Below are positions 51,739 through 63,449 of a stretch of DNA of 64,000 nt, piece by piece (position 1 is the stretch's first letter; each line of letters opens with the position of its first letter). The stretch is from Squalus acanthias (lineage: Eukaryota). The stretch covers positions 125,178,001 to 125,242,000 of the forward strand of contig CM059430.1 of assembly GCA_030390025.1 (NCBI GenBank). The letters run 5' to 3'. Position numbers and translations under genes: made by a program. The notes under the pieces were generated by a model. That model was not told the DNA's origin. It searched no databases and saw only the letters and a program-made list of their open reading frames with translations.

Positions 51739-52699
51739 GAGATCATCCATGCATTCCGACCACCAAGTCAGAAGGGAGGTAAAGGCAAAGGGATGGGAAA
51801 GAAAGTCTCACCCACTCTTAAGCCATTGCCAGCAGACATTCATGCAAATAGCAAGAGTTAAAGAAAATCAATTAAAGGAAGAGTATGGTATTTCAAACAC
51901 TGTATGTAAATAGATGGTATGAATGCGGTGTGTGAAGGAGAGAGAGAGACCGAGCAGGCAGGAGGGTGAGCAAGATGGATTGGTCTCCAATGACTGTTTG
52001 AAGTGTTTTATTAACAGATACAACTCCATCCACTTATGCTGCATACATCTTTCACAAGCTTTTGGATGAATTATAAACTGTCGTGAGTATCTTATCAAGG
52101 ATCTGGCTATGTTTACCTTGGACCTCTTGCCCTCTACCCCTCTGCAAAAGCGGTCTGGGTCCTTGTTTCTCATGCTCATGAGTTAATCAGTAATTGTTTC
52201 ATTCAGTTGTCCCCACTCCTGCCCAATCCTATTTCTATGTCAATTTCATTCCTGCAATGCAAAGGGGAATACATTCATGGAACAGTTGGTTTACTGAAAT
52301 TAGAGTGCAGGTGTGAAGGTTGTTTAATCCCCTCATTCCTCCAACATTAAACGAACATGAAATAATCAGGGCAGATGATTTGTTATTGCTCAAATCCACT
52401 CAAGAACTGCCATTTTCACTGTGTTCTGGGACTTTTTAAATGAAAAACTGAAGCACTCAGGCAGCAAACTGCGCTACACATGGTAAGTGTAGAAATTCAC
52501 AAGTTTTTAATGTGATGTCATGCCATGCAAAATCACTTGTCCTACTCCACACTCTCATTTTGAGATTACCTGTATTTCGGAATGGGCATAACAAGAAACT
52601 ATAGTCTGCACCAACTGACACCGATGCAAACTAATCATGGCAAACCATCAGTACTGATTTTATAGCATCATATTCCAGTAAAATACGCATCATACAAAG

Positions 52700-52880
52700 A
52701 AATGCATGCACTGTAGTTCATTGTGTTAAATGCACAGTAACTTATTGTGCATCCCAATGCACTGAATGCTACTGTATTACATATTACAATACAATGTACT
52801 GCACATTGCATTGCAATGTATTGTATTATATTGTGTTGAATGCATTGTACTGTACATTAAATTGCATGCACTGTACTCTT
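52700..52880. repeat. Degenerate pentameric (TGCAC/ATTGT) low-complexity repeat
   Basis: Repeated TGCAT, TGTAC and ATTGT units. Confidence 0.6.
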
Positions 52881-54479
52881 GAATTACAAGGTTATATTCG
52901 GAATGCTTGGTGTTTTCAGAAGTTCTACAGTGTGACTGACCAATTACTTTTAGCCTCTCACTGAGTTTCAATATCTGTGTATGTATCGACACCTCCCCCA
53001 TCCCACCGGCAGCTTTTTAATGCATTCCTCTTTACCGAGTCTGCGGGCTGGTGGGCACCGGTAATTAACACATTCATACCCATCAAAGCACCGCTGCGCA
53101 GAGAGGATCGAGGAAGAAAGCGCAACATTTCATCCCAAGCGGGAAATCGGTCGTGCGGCGGAAAAAAATTAAAGCCACCAGAGTCTGCAGGGAAATCGGG
53201 GGAGTTTCATCATTGTTGCGCTTCTTTGTGAAACTGATTAGAACAAACAAAACCTGGTCAATTTCAAATCAACTTCAAAGTCTGCAGCAAATTCGAGTTC
53301 GTTTTTAGTCTCAATTATTTTCACACGAATTCAGATATTTGCCGAGATCATTTCTCTCTCTCTCGTTATTGGGGTTCCCTTGAAACACAGAGACTTTGCT
53401 GATACTATCAATTATTAACTACTTCATATTCCACGAGGGGTTTTTTTTGTTGTTGATGTAGCCGCCCGGGGAATGCTAAGTTTTCCTAAGTTTTCGGAAA
53501 GTTCGCTCATGAGCCGGTCTCCGAAACCGAACCTCCCTAAAACTCGGTGGGGGGGGAATGGGGGGATCACACGACGGTTTGCAGAAAAAGTAGGAACCAA
53601 CTCGAAACGACAGAGCTCGTCAATCGCGCACTTGGATTACATTACAAAATACTATAATTAATCAATACAAACTGGCTAAACTCGGGATCGGTTTGAGCCG
53701 GAGAGAGAGGGGGATCGGCAGCACCTGGCCGCTGGTTCGAGATCTGACCTCCCGGTATAAACACGATTCGTGGCTCTGCTCAATGTGCTGAATGAATGTA
53801 TCTCACATTGGCAACCTCAACTGAAACAAAAAGCATCGCTAGGAGCAAGGCTACAACTGCAGTTTTATATACAGAATTGCAATCATATTTAAAATGCTTT
53901 CTGTGCACAAATGGCAGAGGATTTATTTGTAGTTTAAAGATAAATGCTGTTCTCCCTCCCCCTCCCCCCCCCCCTAATTATTTTGCATTGTCCCTTTGCG
54001 TCCAAACGCCTGAGAGAGACGGTGAGGAGCTGAGTGGAAGGTGAGGTTCTCTGAACGGGAGAGAAATAACTCCTCGCTCCCCGCCCCCGCAGAACAAAGA
54101 GCGAGATCCACATCCACTTGGGTTTCAAATTAAACTGTAACTTCACAAGAAACGGGAAAGGGACAACCTTTCGATGCCGCTGTGCGGAGCAGACTCGGCG
54201 ATCAAGAATCGGGTCTACCCTCCCCAAAGTAAAGTGCTGAAGGGCGCTCGCAATTATATGCTGCGGTTTGTATTTTCCCTGCCCCGGATCTGAAGTTGGA
54301 GAATTGCAGCACGCTCCTGAAGTATCAACAGCCTGGCGCTCGGCACCTGGGAGCCACCTCCATTCACAAAAAAAAAACACAAACTGCTTCAAATTACAAG
54401 GGAAGGAACCCAGCAACCGCATTCAGGCTCTGCTCCATCTACCTATCTAATGGAATTCAATTTTTTTAAAAAAACTTAC

Positions 54480-54598
54480 TTTGTGTTCTGGGAATGCCAG
54501 GCGACAGGGTCCAAACTCTTGGCTAATGGCAGCGCGCTCCTGCACAGTGCGAATATAACTCCCCAGTAATATTTCCACAGCAAGTCCCATTTAGCCAT
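54480..54598 (-). CDS. efnb1: Ephrin-B (most likely ephrin-B1), first coding exon: signal peptide and start of the receptor-binding domain
   Basis: Manual translation gives MAKWDLLWKYYWGVIFALCRSALPLAKSLDPVAWHSQNT(K). This resembles human EFNB1 '[23 protein letters not shown]'. The ATG has good Kozak context (AGAATGG). The exon ends in phase 2 (AA|GTAAGT donor at 54479-54474), as expected for ephrin-B exon 1. B1 rather than B2 rests on the PLAKxLxPVxW signature. Confidence 0.88.
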
Positions 54599-55140
54599 TC
54601 TCCAGGCCGAGGTAAGACAAGTCAGAAGGTGATCTCTGAGAAATTAGCGGATCTCTCAGGAATGACTGGTTCGCTCTCTCGATACCGTGTGTCTGGATTG
54701 TATCCTTTATTTGTACCTCCAGAGTTATATCCCTCTCTCTGAAACGTATCCTTTTTCTGTCTCTCTGGGTTAAGGCAGGAATGTATCCTTATCCACAGGA
54801 ATGTATCCCTCTCTCAGGATTGTATTTTTTTTCCGGATTGTATCTTTCGCTCCCGCCTACGACGGCTGCACACTTTTCTCTGTCTCTCAACTCCTGTGGT
54901 TGCCGTCAGCTTGAGTCTGCTCTCGCTGCTGCTCCTATCCCCCTGTGGAGATGCCTCTCTCGGAGGGGAGTCCTCCAAAGGCTCAGATCGATGTTGGCTG
55001 CAGGTTGTCCATGTGCGACTTGGAGGATTTTTTTTTTTGTTTGGGTTCCCCCCCTGCTTACTGACTCGCTGCCACTCTACTTAGCTCCCGGTACCTCGAG
55101 TTGCTGCCTCTCCGCTCGCTACTCGCTCACTGGCGGACTA
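54599..55140 (-). other. Probable ephrin-B 5'UTR (TSS not precisely defined)
   Basis: CpG-enriched sequence lies between the ATG and the GC/CCAAT boxes. It contains a single upstream ATG at 55012. Confidence 0.55.
54983..55012 (-). other. Upstream ORF (MDNLQPTSI*) in the ephrin-B 5'UTR
   Basis: The minus strand reads ATG GAC AAC CTG CAG CCA ACA TCG ATC TGA. It is the only ATG between 54599 and about 55200. Confidence 0.5.
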
Positions 55141-55149
55141 ACCTGCGCT

Positions 55150-55250
55150 ACCTCCCCTGCCCCGCCTCTCAGGCACGCTACAGACACCACTAATCCTCCT
55201 ACCAATCACAAACGCCCTGAGCCCCACTCAGCCAATCACACAAAACCCGA
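55150..55250 (-). promoter_or_regulatory. Ephrin-B proximal promoter: GC box and tandem CCAAT boxes
   Basis: CCCCGCCT at 55160-55167. CCAATCACA at 55202 and 55232, exactly 30 bp apart. CpG-rich DNA switches abruptly to AT-rich DNA after about 55320. Confidence 0.6.
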
Positions 55251-57749
55251 AAGGGGTCCTCACACAGGGCTCTGAAAACTAGATTTAACAGTGCCCCAAT
55301 CGACAGTAAACTTTCAAACAGAAGATGCTGCACATTTTATTAATAATTATATTACATACGCATTGTTATATTAATCATCAACATCTAATAATCCGTCTGA
55401 TAGCAATTTATAATCGCTCTAAAACTATATAATGTTCCATTGCATCGAAGTTACTCATTTATTGAAATGTAATTTTTAAATGTTTTAACAAGTTTTGTTA
55501 AATATTCCTTTCCCAGTGTTACCTTCCCTACAAATGCGTGTATTCTATTTAAAGTTTAAGGTACATTTTTACAGATTCAGAAATTACCAAATTTCAGCAG
55601 AGAAAAATAACTTCTATGTATTTGGATGTTTATTTGTAAATCGTTTGATGTTTGAAATCGTGCTTCGATAGATGGTGAGATGTTTAGAGAGAGAGAGAGA
55701 GCCAGTCGTTAGCCTCTGGATATGAAAGTTCCGGACTACCAGAAGCTCAGAGCAAGTTCAACGAACCATCACTGAAAGAGGACGAAATAAGAGTTAAATA
55801 GGGACCCAATAAAACAAAAGCTAATAGAAAAGGGAGAGTCTGGTCACGGCTGATTGATACAGTTCAACCTAATGATATATTACAGTACAATTAAGCACAT
55901 AGGACAGATTGGGAGCGAGTTCAGTTATTCGATCCACGAAAAGCTTTTTTTTCTACATGATTGAACTTGCTTTGTTAAAGAAATAAATAGAATAAATAAA
56001 CTCAATCCAAGTTGAATCCGAGTCTGTGTTTGTAATCTAACACTGACAGGAAGAAGCCAGTACTATAACAGTGAGGTGACATGAATTCATTTTGAACATT
56101 ATTGTTGTAAACTTTGTGCTAAGATGGAACCGAAAAAATGTTATAAATCACACAGGGCTCAGCTGTTAAAAGAGTAGTGTCGCCGGGCCTGACAGACCAG
56201 TAGGTCCCTGGTTCAAGTCGTGCTTTGCGCTGAGTTAGGTGATTGATGGGGCAGTGAAAGCAATACTACAACCGGGCTGTGACAGAGCCATGGAGAGGAA
56301 GAGGAGTACAGTCAGTAAAAACCTCACCTAGAATATTTACTGAAATGGAATCAATTCATCAGAAGGTGTAATACCAAAAGAGGGCGAGCCCAAACCTCAA
56401 ACAACAGACATGGGAGACAGAACTGCACCAAGGAATGTGTTAACATACCAGGCTATTGTTTACCATAACCCTAAGATCAGACTGCTTTACTTTAACCCTA
56501 GCCTTCTGCTACTTTGCTCAAGTGATCATTCTTGGCACGGGAGCTTGGAAAGCGAGTGTCAAAAGGTTATTGGACCACAGGCGACATCACAGACATGTTC
56601 GATCCTCTATCGATCAACATACACACACACACATGCACACACACACACACAAGCACACACACACACAGCAGTTTCCAGCAGGGTCACAGATAGTAATCAG
56701 GAGATTACCTTTCTCCTCCCAATGTGAGGACACTACGGCTAATTGTAGTGTCCCTTACACTTGCCTATTTGAGATCTGCTAACTCAGACTGGGGATTGAG
56801 CCTTCCAATCTGTATAGCCGAACAGTACACTGCGTTTATATTTACTCTCTCTGTATATTTCGCTTTCTGTCTCTATCTCTCTCTGTACATGTGTTTGTGT
56901 GTTCTCTTTCTTTGTCTCTTACACATGCAAATTAAGTTTCCCCTTTCTGAACAAACATTTTCCACTGTTATCAATTACTTGATGACCGCCCCCCCCCCCC
57001 CCCCCCCGAGTGACTAGAGTGGTATAGCTCCCGATGCTGTGCACAAAGCCAAGAGTTCCGTTCTTTTGGAGAGCAAGTCAGTGTTCGTGAGCTTATAAAT
57101 CAAACTAAGCTTCCTTCTGGGTCCCTTGGCATTGAAAATGTAAATCTAGGATTATATTTAGGATCTGTTTCACGTAAACTTTTATTTATTTTCCCTCTCT
57201 GCTTTTTTGCCTCCGACGGGAGTTGGCATTATAAGGGTTGGGAAGGATGGTGTGTAAGGTTGCAATATCTAGTGGATAATGAGTATTGGGACTGATGGTC
57301 TTTTCTTGCTGTTTGTAGATCAAGAAGCATTAATTAGGTGACAGGTTTTAAAGTTCTACTTTGTAGGAGAAAGGGAAAACTGAGATAAATAAGGAGTTCT
57401 AAAGTTTTACGGTCTTGGGAAGGAATGAGTTAAAATGGGACACTGTCTTAATTTTACACAACGATAATGCGGAAAAGAGGAAGAGCATAAAGAACAATGC
57501 ATTTGGAGCTTAGTTAATCATCGCCTTGTCACTTACAATTCTCAGTCCGGGATAGAAGGCAAATCGGACCTAAACCTCCACAAAATGCCAACAATATTCG
57601 TAGCGTTAGAAATGACAAAATACATCAAGAAAATAAAAGGCAGGTATTTTAAAGTGATAATTTTATAACGGAAATATTTATCTGAAGGAAGATTGAGTCC
57701 AACTCATTTACTGCTAGCTCCTGTTTGCATATAATTAAAAACTTACTTG

Positions 57750-58020
57750 ACTATATAACGATTTACATTTCGATATCACTCTTCGCATATCGAAAGACAT
57801 CTTGAAGCACTTTACAGGGCAGAGGGAAAATGTGAACACCGTGCAGGAAAAGAAAGGAAACAAAAAGGTGGGAGTATAAAGCACAGTCAAATAAAACAGT
57901 TTTAGAAGGCTTTTGAAAGCAAGGATTGGGCTGGCAAGGTGGAAGATTTTAAGGAGAGAGTTCAGGGGTCAGAGAGACAGGGAGAAAAAACAGCCGCCGA
58001 TGGTGGAGCAGAGGGAATGA
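57750..58020 (-). mobile_element. L2 3' end remnant
   Basis: ACATCTTGAAGCACTTTACAGG...TTTTAGAAGGCTTTTGAAAG...AGGAGAGAGTTC. Confidence 0.45.
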
Positions 58021-59139
58021 GAATATTGGATATATATTTGTACAAATTTATATTACTAATGCTGTGGCTACACATAGCTGTTGATATTATTATTATTAAC
58101 ACTATGATCACTAGATCGGTTTAATAATTGTTACTGAGTTGACATTGCCTATCTGAAATTAGCATTCTGTAAATTTATGGCATTAAGAGATGGGTTACAA
58201 AATCGTGTAGAATTGTGAAAGAATTAAAAGCCCTCCTAAGAGTGGATGCCAGGGTTGCTGCTCAGTGTAATGATTATTAGTAGTGCTCTGGAGTAACACA
58301 AGAAACTGGAGTATTTTAACTGCTTGGCCGTTAGGGAGCGAACTTTGGGTTATGATATAATATTTGTTCAGGAATATTTGGGGAAATCAAATCATTTTCA
58401 TATTGCCAGTAGATGCTCGCGTGACAAGGAGCAAAGAATATATATGAATTAGCTGAGATAATCTTATATGTGTATGTATCTATAAATGTAAAATATAACC
58501 TCAATCAACAAATAAAATATATTTTGCATATAACTATCATATTAATCTTATAATCAGAAATATTTTGCTTAAAATAAACTTATTCTTATTGTTATTTTTT
58601 GGTGTTATTGTTAGTATTCTAATATTAAACACCTCACGCAGGTTTGGTTGGGATGCAGCGCAGGGCATTGGTGAGCGACTGTAAAGTGGATACTCGGCTC
58701 CGGGGAGAGATACTTTATTCCGCGGTAGCCAGCGCCTCCCACCGGCAGCTGTTTAAGTACACTTCCGGCCCAGCCACTTCCACCAGCAGCTTATCAATCG
58801 ATACAGCCGGTGTAGGCTGCGAGCAGGGATCAAACCAGCGTAATTCCCCGAGTAGTTTATCAAATCTCCACCAACAGCGGCACTTTTCTTTGATTTATTT
58901 AGTGTTATTTCTGCATCGGCTTTTATTACTTTCTATGAATTTCGTATTCCGTTTCAATTGTACTCAGATAGCAATTTACCTGCAAATCCCATCTCTGCCG
59001 ATACAGATTCTCTCACCGTTTTCTTTGTGTCTGTTTCTTTATCTTTCAGTTTTTGTTTCCAATTCTTCCAATCTTACCTCTATCACTGCGTCTTTCTGTT
59101 TTTTCTCTCTTTTCCTCAGTCTATTTACTTCTGTCACCC

Positions 59140-59965
59140 CAATCCCATCAATCTCATCAACCACGCTCACACAAACCTATTAAATGCAGTCACGCTAACT
59201 CCAGCCACATCAAACATACACGAATCCCATCTCACATTCACAATAATGCTAACCCACCAAACACACTCACACTGACACATCAAAGACACTCACACATACC
59301 CCAACATACACACTCACACTAACCAAACCAAGCACACATACGTTAACACATCAAACCACACCCACACTACCCCAAACACATTCATTCATTCCATACAACA
59401 CACCCACACTACCCCAAACACAATCACAGTAACCCACCAACACACACACACTCACACTAACTCATCCAATCACATTAACCCAAGCACTTTCACACTAACC
59501 CCTCAAATACATTAGCATTAACCCACCAAGCACGCTCACAAGAACCCCACCAAACACACTCACACCAACACTAATGCATCAGACACACTAACATTCATAC
59601 TAAATTATCAAACACTCAGACTAACCCAGTCAATCATATTGTCACTAAACTCATCAAATACACTAACCCCATTAAATGCTCTCAAAATCACACTAATCCC
59701 ATCCAACACATTAACAATAACCTCACCTAACATACACTAACCCAACAAATTCTAGCACACCAGTACTAACCCATCAAACACACTGACACATCAGCCCATA
59801 AATTACGCTAAATGAACCCAATGAAACATACTCACACTCCTGCCAAGTTGGGGTCTTTACCTTAGACCCCGAGGAAGCTTGGGATTGGTCACAGTAACCC
59901 AGTCAAAAACTCATCTTCACATTAACCCCACCAAACACACTCGCATGAACTACACTCGAACACAA
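59140..59965. repeat. CA-rich degenerate tandem repeat (ACACTCACACTAACCCACCAAAC-like)
   Basis: Repeated CACTAACCC/CAAACACAC units over about 800 bp. Confidence 0.8.
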
Positions 59966-60129
59966 ATCACATCAGGCTGGCCTCGGGCTGCCAACAGGAG
60001 GGTGATTTTCTTTCTAATTTTGAACTGCCAGCCATCCCTTTTTCAGTAGAAAATGGGGCAAGTGTCAGTTGAAAATCGCCACCCATATAATTCTCCAGTT
60101 GCTTGCAATACTCACCAGTGGATTGGTTT

Positions 60130-60495
60130 TACTTGTTCCTTGGATACGGGCAACGCTGGCAAGGGTTCATTTATTGCTGTTTCCTAGTTGCCCTGAGAAG
60201 GTGGTGGTGAGCCCCTTTTCTAGCAATTGTTTGTATAACTGAGCGGGATTGCTAAACCACTTCAGAGTACATTAAGAGTCAAGCACATAATGTGGGTCAG
60301 ACTGGCTAGGGGTGCCAGCTTCCCTTCCTTGAAGGACATAAGAAGCAGTTGGGCAGCTTTTTCAGACATGGTCAATTTTATTTTCTGGTGACAGCCTACA
60401 CATGACCAGTGTTATTAATTTAATTTCATAATTTACAGTGGAATTTGAATTCCTGACCTATGGGTCATTCGCCCAGTACTATAACCACTACAGTA
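60130..60495 (-). mobile_element. tRNA-derived SINE (probably MetaSINE-like) sharing its 3' tail with the LINE at 8540
   Basis: The tail GCTGGCAAGG..CATTTATTGC..TCCTAGTTGCCCT matches 8565-8606. The central CTTCCCTTCCTTGAAGGACAT resembles the Meta domain as I recall it. Confidence 0.5.
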
Positions 60496-61900
60496 CTGTA
60501 AGCCTTACATCAGTTGTGGGCAAAATGCTGGAGTCCATCATTAAGGATGAAATAGCGGAGCACTTAGCAAATGGGGACAGGATAGGACAGAGTCAACATG
60601 GATTTACAAAGGGTAAATCGTGCTTGAGTAATCTATTGGAATTTTTTGAGGGAGTAACTGGTAAAATAGATGGGGGAGAGCCAGTAGATGTGGTGTACCT
60701 GGACTTCCAAAAGGCCTTCGATAAGGTCCCACATAAAAGATTAGCAGGGAAAATTGAAGCTCATGGGATAAAGGGGAAAGTATTGACGTGGATAGAGAAC
60801 TGGCTGTCAGATAGAAAACAGAGAGTTGGAATAAACGGCTCATTTTCTGAATGGCAGGCAGTAACAAGTGGGGTACCGCAGGGATCTGTCCTGGGTCCCC
60901 AGCTGTTCACAATTTACATTAATGACCTGGATCAGGGAGTCGGATGCAGCATTTCCAAATTTGCAGACGACACTAAACTAGGAGGGGGGGTGGGCTCAGA
61001 GGAGGAGACCAGGAAGCTCCAGAGCGATTTGGACAGACTGGGTGATTGGGCGGATAAATGGCAGATGCACTATAATGTGGACAAGTGCGAAGTTATCCAC
61101 CTTGGGTGCAGGAACGGGAGGGCAAATTATTATTTAAATGGCAATAAATTGGGAGAGGGGGAAGTACAGAGAGACCTGGGTGTTCTTGTACACCAGTCAC
61201 TGAAGGCGAGCATGCAGGTGCAACAGGCGGTCAAGAAGGCAAATGGTATGCTGGCCTTCATAGCAAAAGGGTTGGAATACAGGAACAGGGATACCTTGCT
61301 GCAGCTGTACAGGGCACTGGTGAGACCACACCTCGAGTACTGTGTACAGTTTTGGTCGCCTCATCTGAGGAAAGATGTTCTTGCCATGGAGGGGGTGCAG
61401 CGGCGATTCACCAGGCTGATACCAGGAATGGCGGGATTGACCTATGAGGAGAGACTATGTAGTTTAGGGATGTACACACTGGAGTTTAGAAGATTGAGAG
61501 GGGACCTCATAGAAGTGTATAAAATTCTGACAGGTCTAGACAGACTAGATGCAGAAGGAATGTTTCCCTTGGCGGGTGAGAACAGAACTAGAGGACATAA
61601 TTTAAGGATAAGGGCTAAACCATTTAGGACAGAAATGAGGGGGAATTTCTTCACTCAGAGGGTGGTGAACCTGTGGAACTCATTGCCACAGAGGGCAGTG
61701 TACGCCAGCTCATTAAATATATTTAAGAGGGAATTAGATATATTTCTACAGGCAAAAGGGGTTAAGGGTTACGGAGAGAAGGCGGGGACGGGATACTGAA
61801 TTGGAGGATCAGCCATGATCTCATTAAATGGCGGAGCAGGCTCGAAGGGCCGGATGGCCTACTCCTGCTCCTATCTTCTATGTATCTATGTATCTATGTA
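60496..61900 (+). mobile_element. Young 5'-truncated CR1 LINE with an uninterrupted RT reading frame
   Basis: The frame from VSLTSVVGK to the natural stop at 61799 has no lesions and carries [17 protein letters not shown] and KFADD. The 3'UTR hairpin and (TATCTATG)3 tail follow. Confidence 0.92.
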
Positions 61901-63449
61901 CACTACTGCATATTGTGAACTTAAGTAAAATCTATACTCTTGTTTATTGCAAATGTTAACTGTCATGAATAGTGCATATGGATTGAGATAGGGAGTAATC
62001 ATTCAAAACTGGAACTGCCAAGGGGAGGAAGTTCTCTCTCTCTATAGTTTTAAATATTTCTGTTGCAATGTTAGGTTTCATCTGAATTTATGATCTAGGA
62101 CTGCAAACTGATGGTGGAAAGTTGTTATGTTAGGATTGAGCCACAGAGGTTGAAGTACTATGTCCAAGGGAAGCAGAAAGGAAGGAGTCTGATTGCTGTA
62201 TTTTTCCAGTATGATGAGAGAGAGAGATGGCCAGACTGCAGTCATGTTATAGCAAGTCAATAAATGTTACTTTAATGCGGAAGATAACTAAACTTTCTCC
62301 CCTCTCTTCATTGCTGCTCCTCACCAGCTAATTAATCCTAACTTACGATTAGAAAAATACACATCAATAAGCATTTTTATATTTATAGCCTAAACCACAG
62401 TCCATTTTAATCTGCCACCTTCCTAAATCAGGGAAGCGTGCGTGAGGGTACACGATATAACCAGTAAGCTGAAATACAGTGACAAAGGTTTTCTGTTCGA
62501 CACCTGGGCTCCTTTGAAAGTATCGAAATATTGGACAGGTAAAGGCACAGTCAAGTTCATGGTAAATGAGGCCTCACCTATGGGTGAATGCTCTGAGACA
62601 GTGAACGCGAGAAAAATATCTGGAGTAAAACTCAAAAATGTAAAAGTTCTGTCTATTCTCCCCAGTAATCTTCATGTGCATAATTTCCAAACTGGAAGAC
62701 AGTCCCCTACTATGTCAGTGTGATATTTGTCCTTTTCCCACACCAGCCATCCAGTGGCCTCTCTGGTCAGTGAGATTGCTAATTTAGGACCTGAGTCTTT
62801 TGTGCCACATTTCTGCAGCAGCAAAGCCAGTGGAACAATGCTCTGACCACCCCAAATTTTCTGCTTCAGCTCATTTGAATAATTATGCCTAGATGCCAAT
62901 GCAGTTTTACCCGGTGAAAGGAACAAGCCTAATGGGGCAAGCAGAAATCCTGGTCATCAGGTTCAAATTAAAGGAATGTGCACACTTAATGGTAAGTGCT
63001 GCATATGGGAACAAATATTTATTTTAGTTTTGATGAAGCTTTAAAATTAATTTCAGACATTTGCCAGTCTTGGCAGAGACGAGAAGCGGGGGTAGACTTC
63101 AGGCATAAATGAAGTCCTGGCTAGTGGGCTACTCCACATTCGTAGCCAGCCTACGAGCTTTGGCAGGATGAGTGATGGAGTTCCTGGTTAGGTGCCTCTT
63201 AGCACACATCAAGATGCACCACTCGTTCTGGACTAAAGAGCCAACAAATGTTTTGTTTCAGTTTGTACCAGTTAAAAGATGAAATACAGTGATTGGGGAG
63301 CTTTGAATGCATGCCCAGCATAAAGGTAACAATGAGTTCTGTGCAGTGAACATGTCAGGGCCACTTGCCAGATTTCTTCTTTAAGAATCCTCCTGTCATG
63401 CTGAACTCTTCAAAAGATTTTTTTTTACAATTAGTTTCTCTGTGATATT

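Larger units (their letters stand above)
1..54479 (-). other. Intron 1 of the ephrin-B gene (continues beyond the window start)
   Basis: There is a consensus donor at 54479. No downstream ephrin exon (expected FL..KGLV.YP.IGDKLDIICP) was found in the ORF track or by reading. The region holds only repeats and non-coding DNA. Confidence 0.7.
52990..55270. promoter_or_regulatory. CpG-enriched island spanning the promoter, exon 1 and proximal intron 1
   Basis: CG dinucleotides are visibly dense compared with the CpG-depleted flanks, and no recognisable transposon interrupts the region. Confidence 0.6.

Noticed and set aside
1-54479. Additional ephrin exons or a nested host gene
   Set aside because: No ephrin-domain peptide or other recognisable host protein was seen. 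Short exons could have been missed by eye.
54781-55275. 164-aa plus-strand ORF over the promoter
   Set aside because: It is antisense to the ephrin 5'UTR in GC-rich DNA, with no recognisable protein features.
55770-55795. Hammerhead-like CTGAAAGAGGACGAAA
   Set aside because: The core spacing is wrong (not CUGANGA) and no stem II can form.
58644-59183. 179-aa ORF upstream of the gene
   Set aside because: It has a non-ATG start, its second half is CT-rich low complexity, and it has no domain.
60438-60495. N-terminus of the 453-aa ORF as a domesticated RT gene start
   Set aside because: It starts at a GTG inside an antisense SINE and is only by chance in frame with the truncated CR1.
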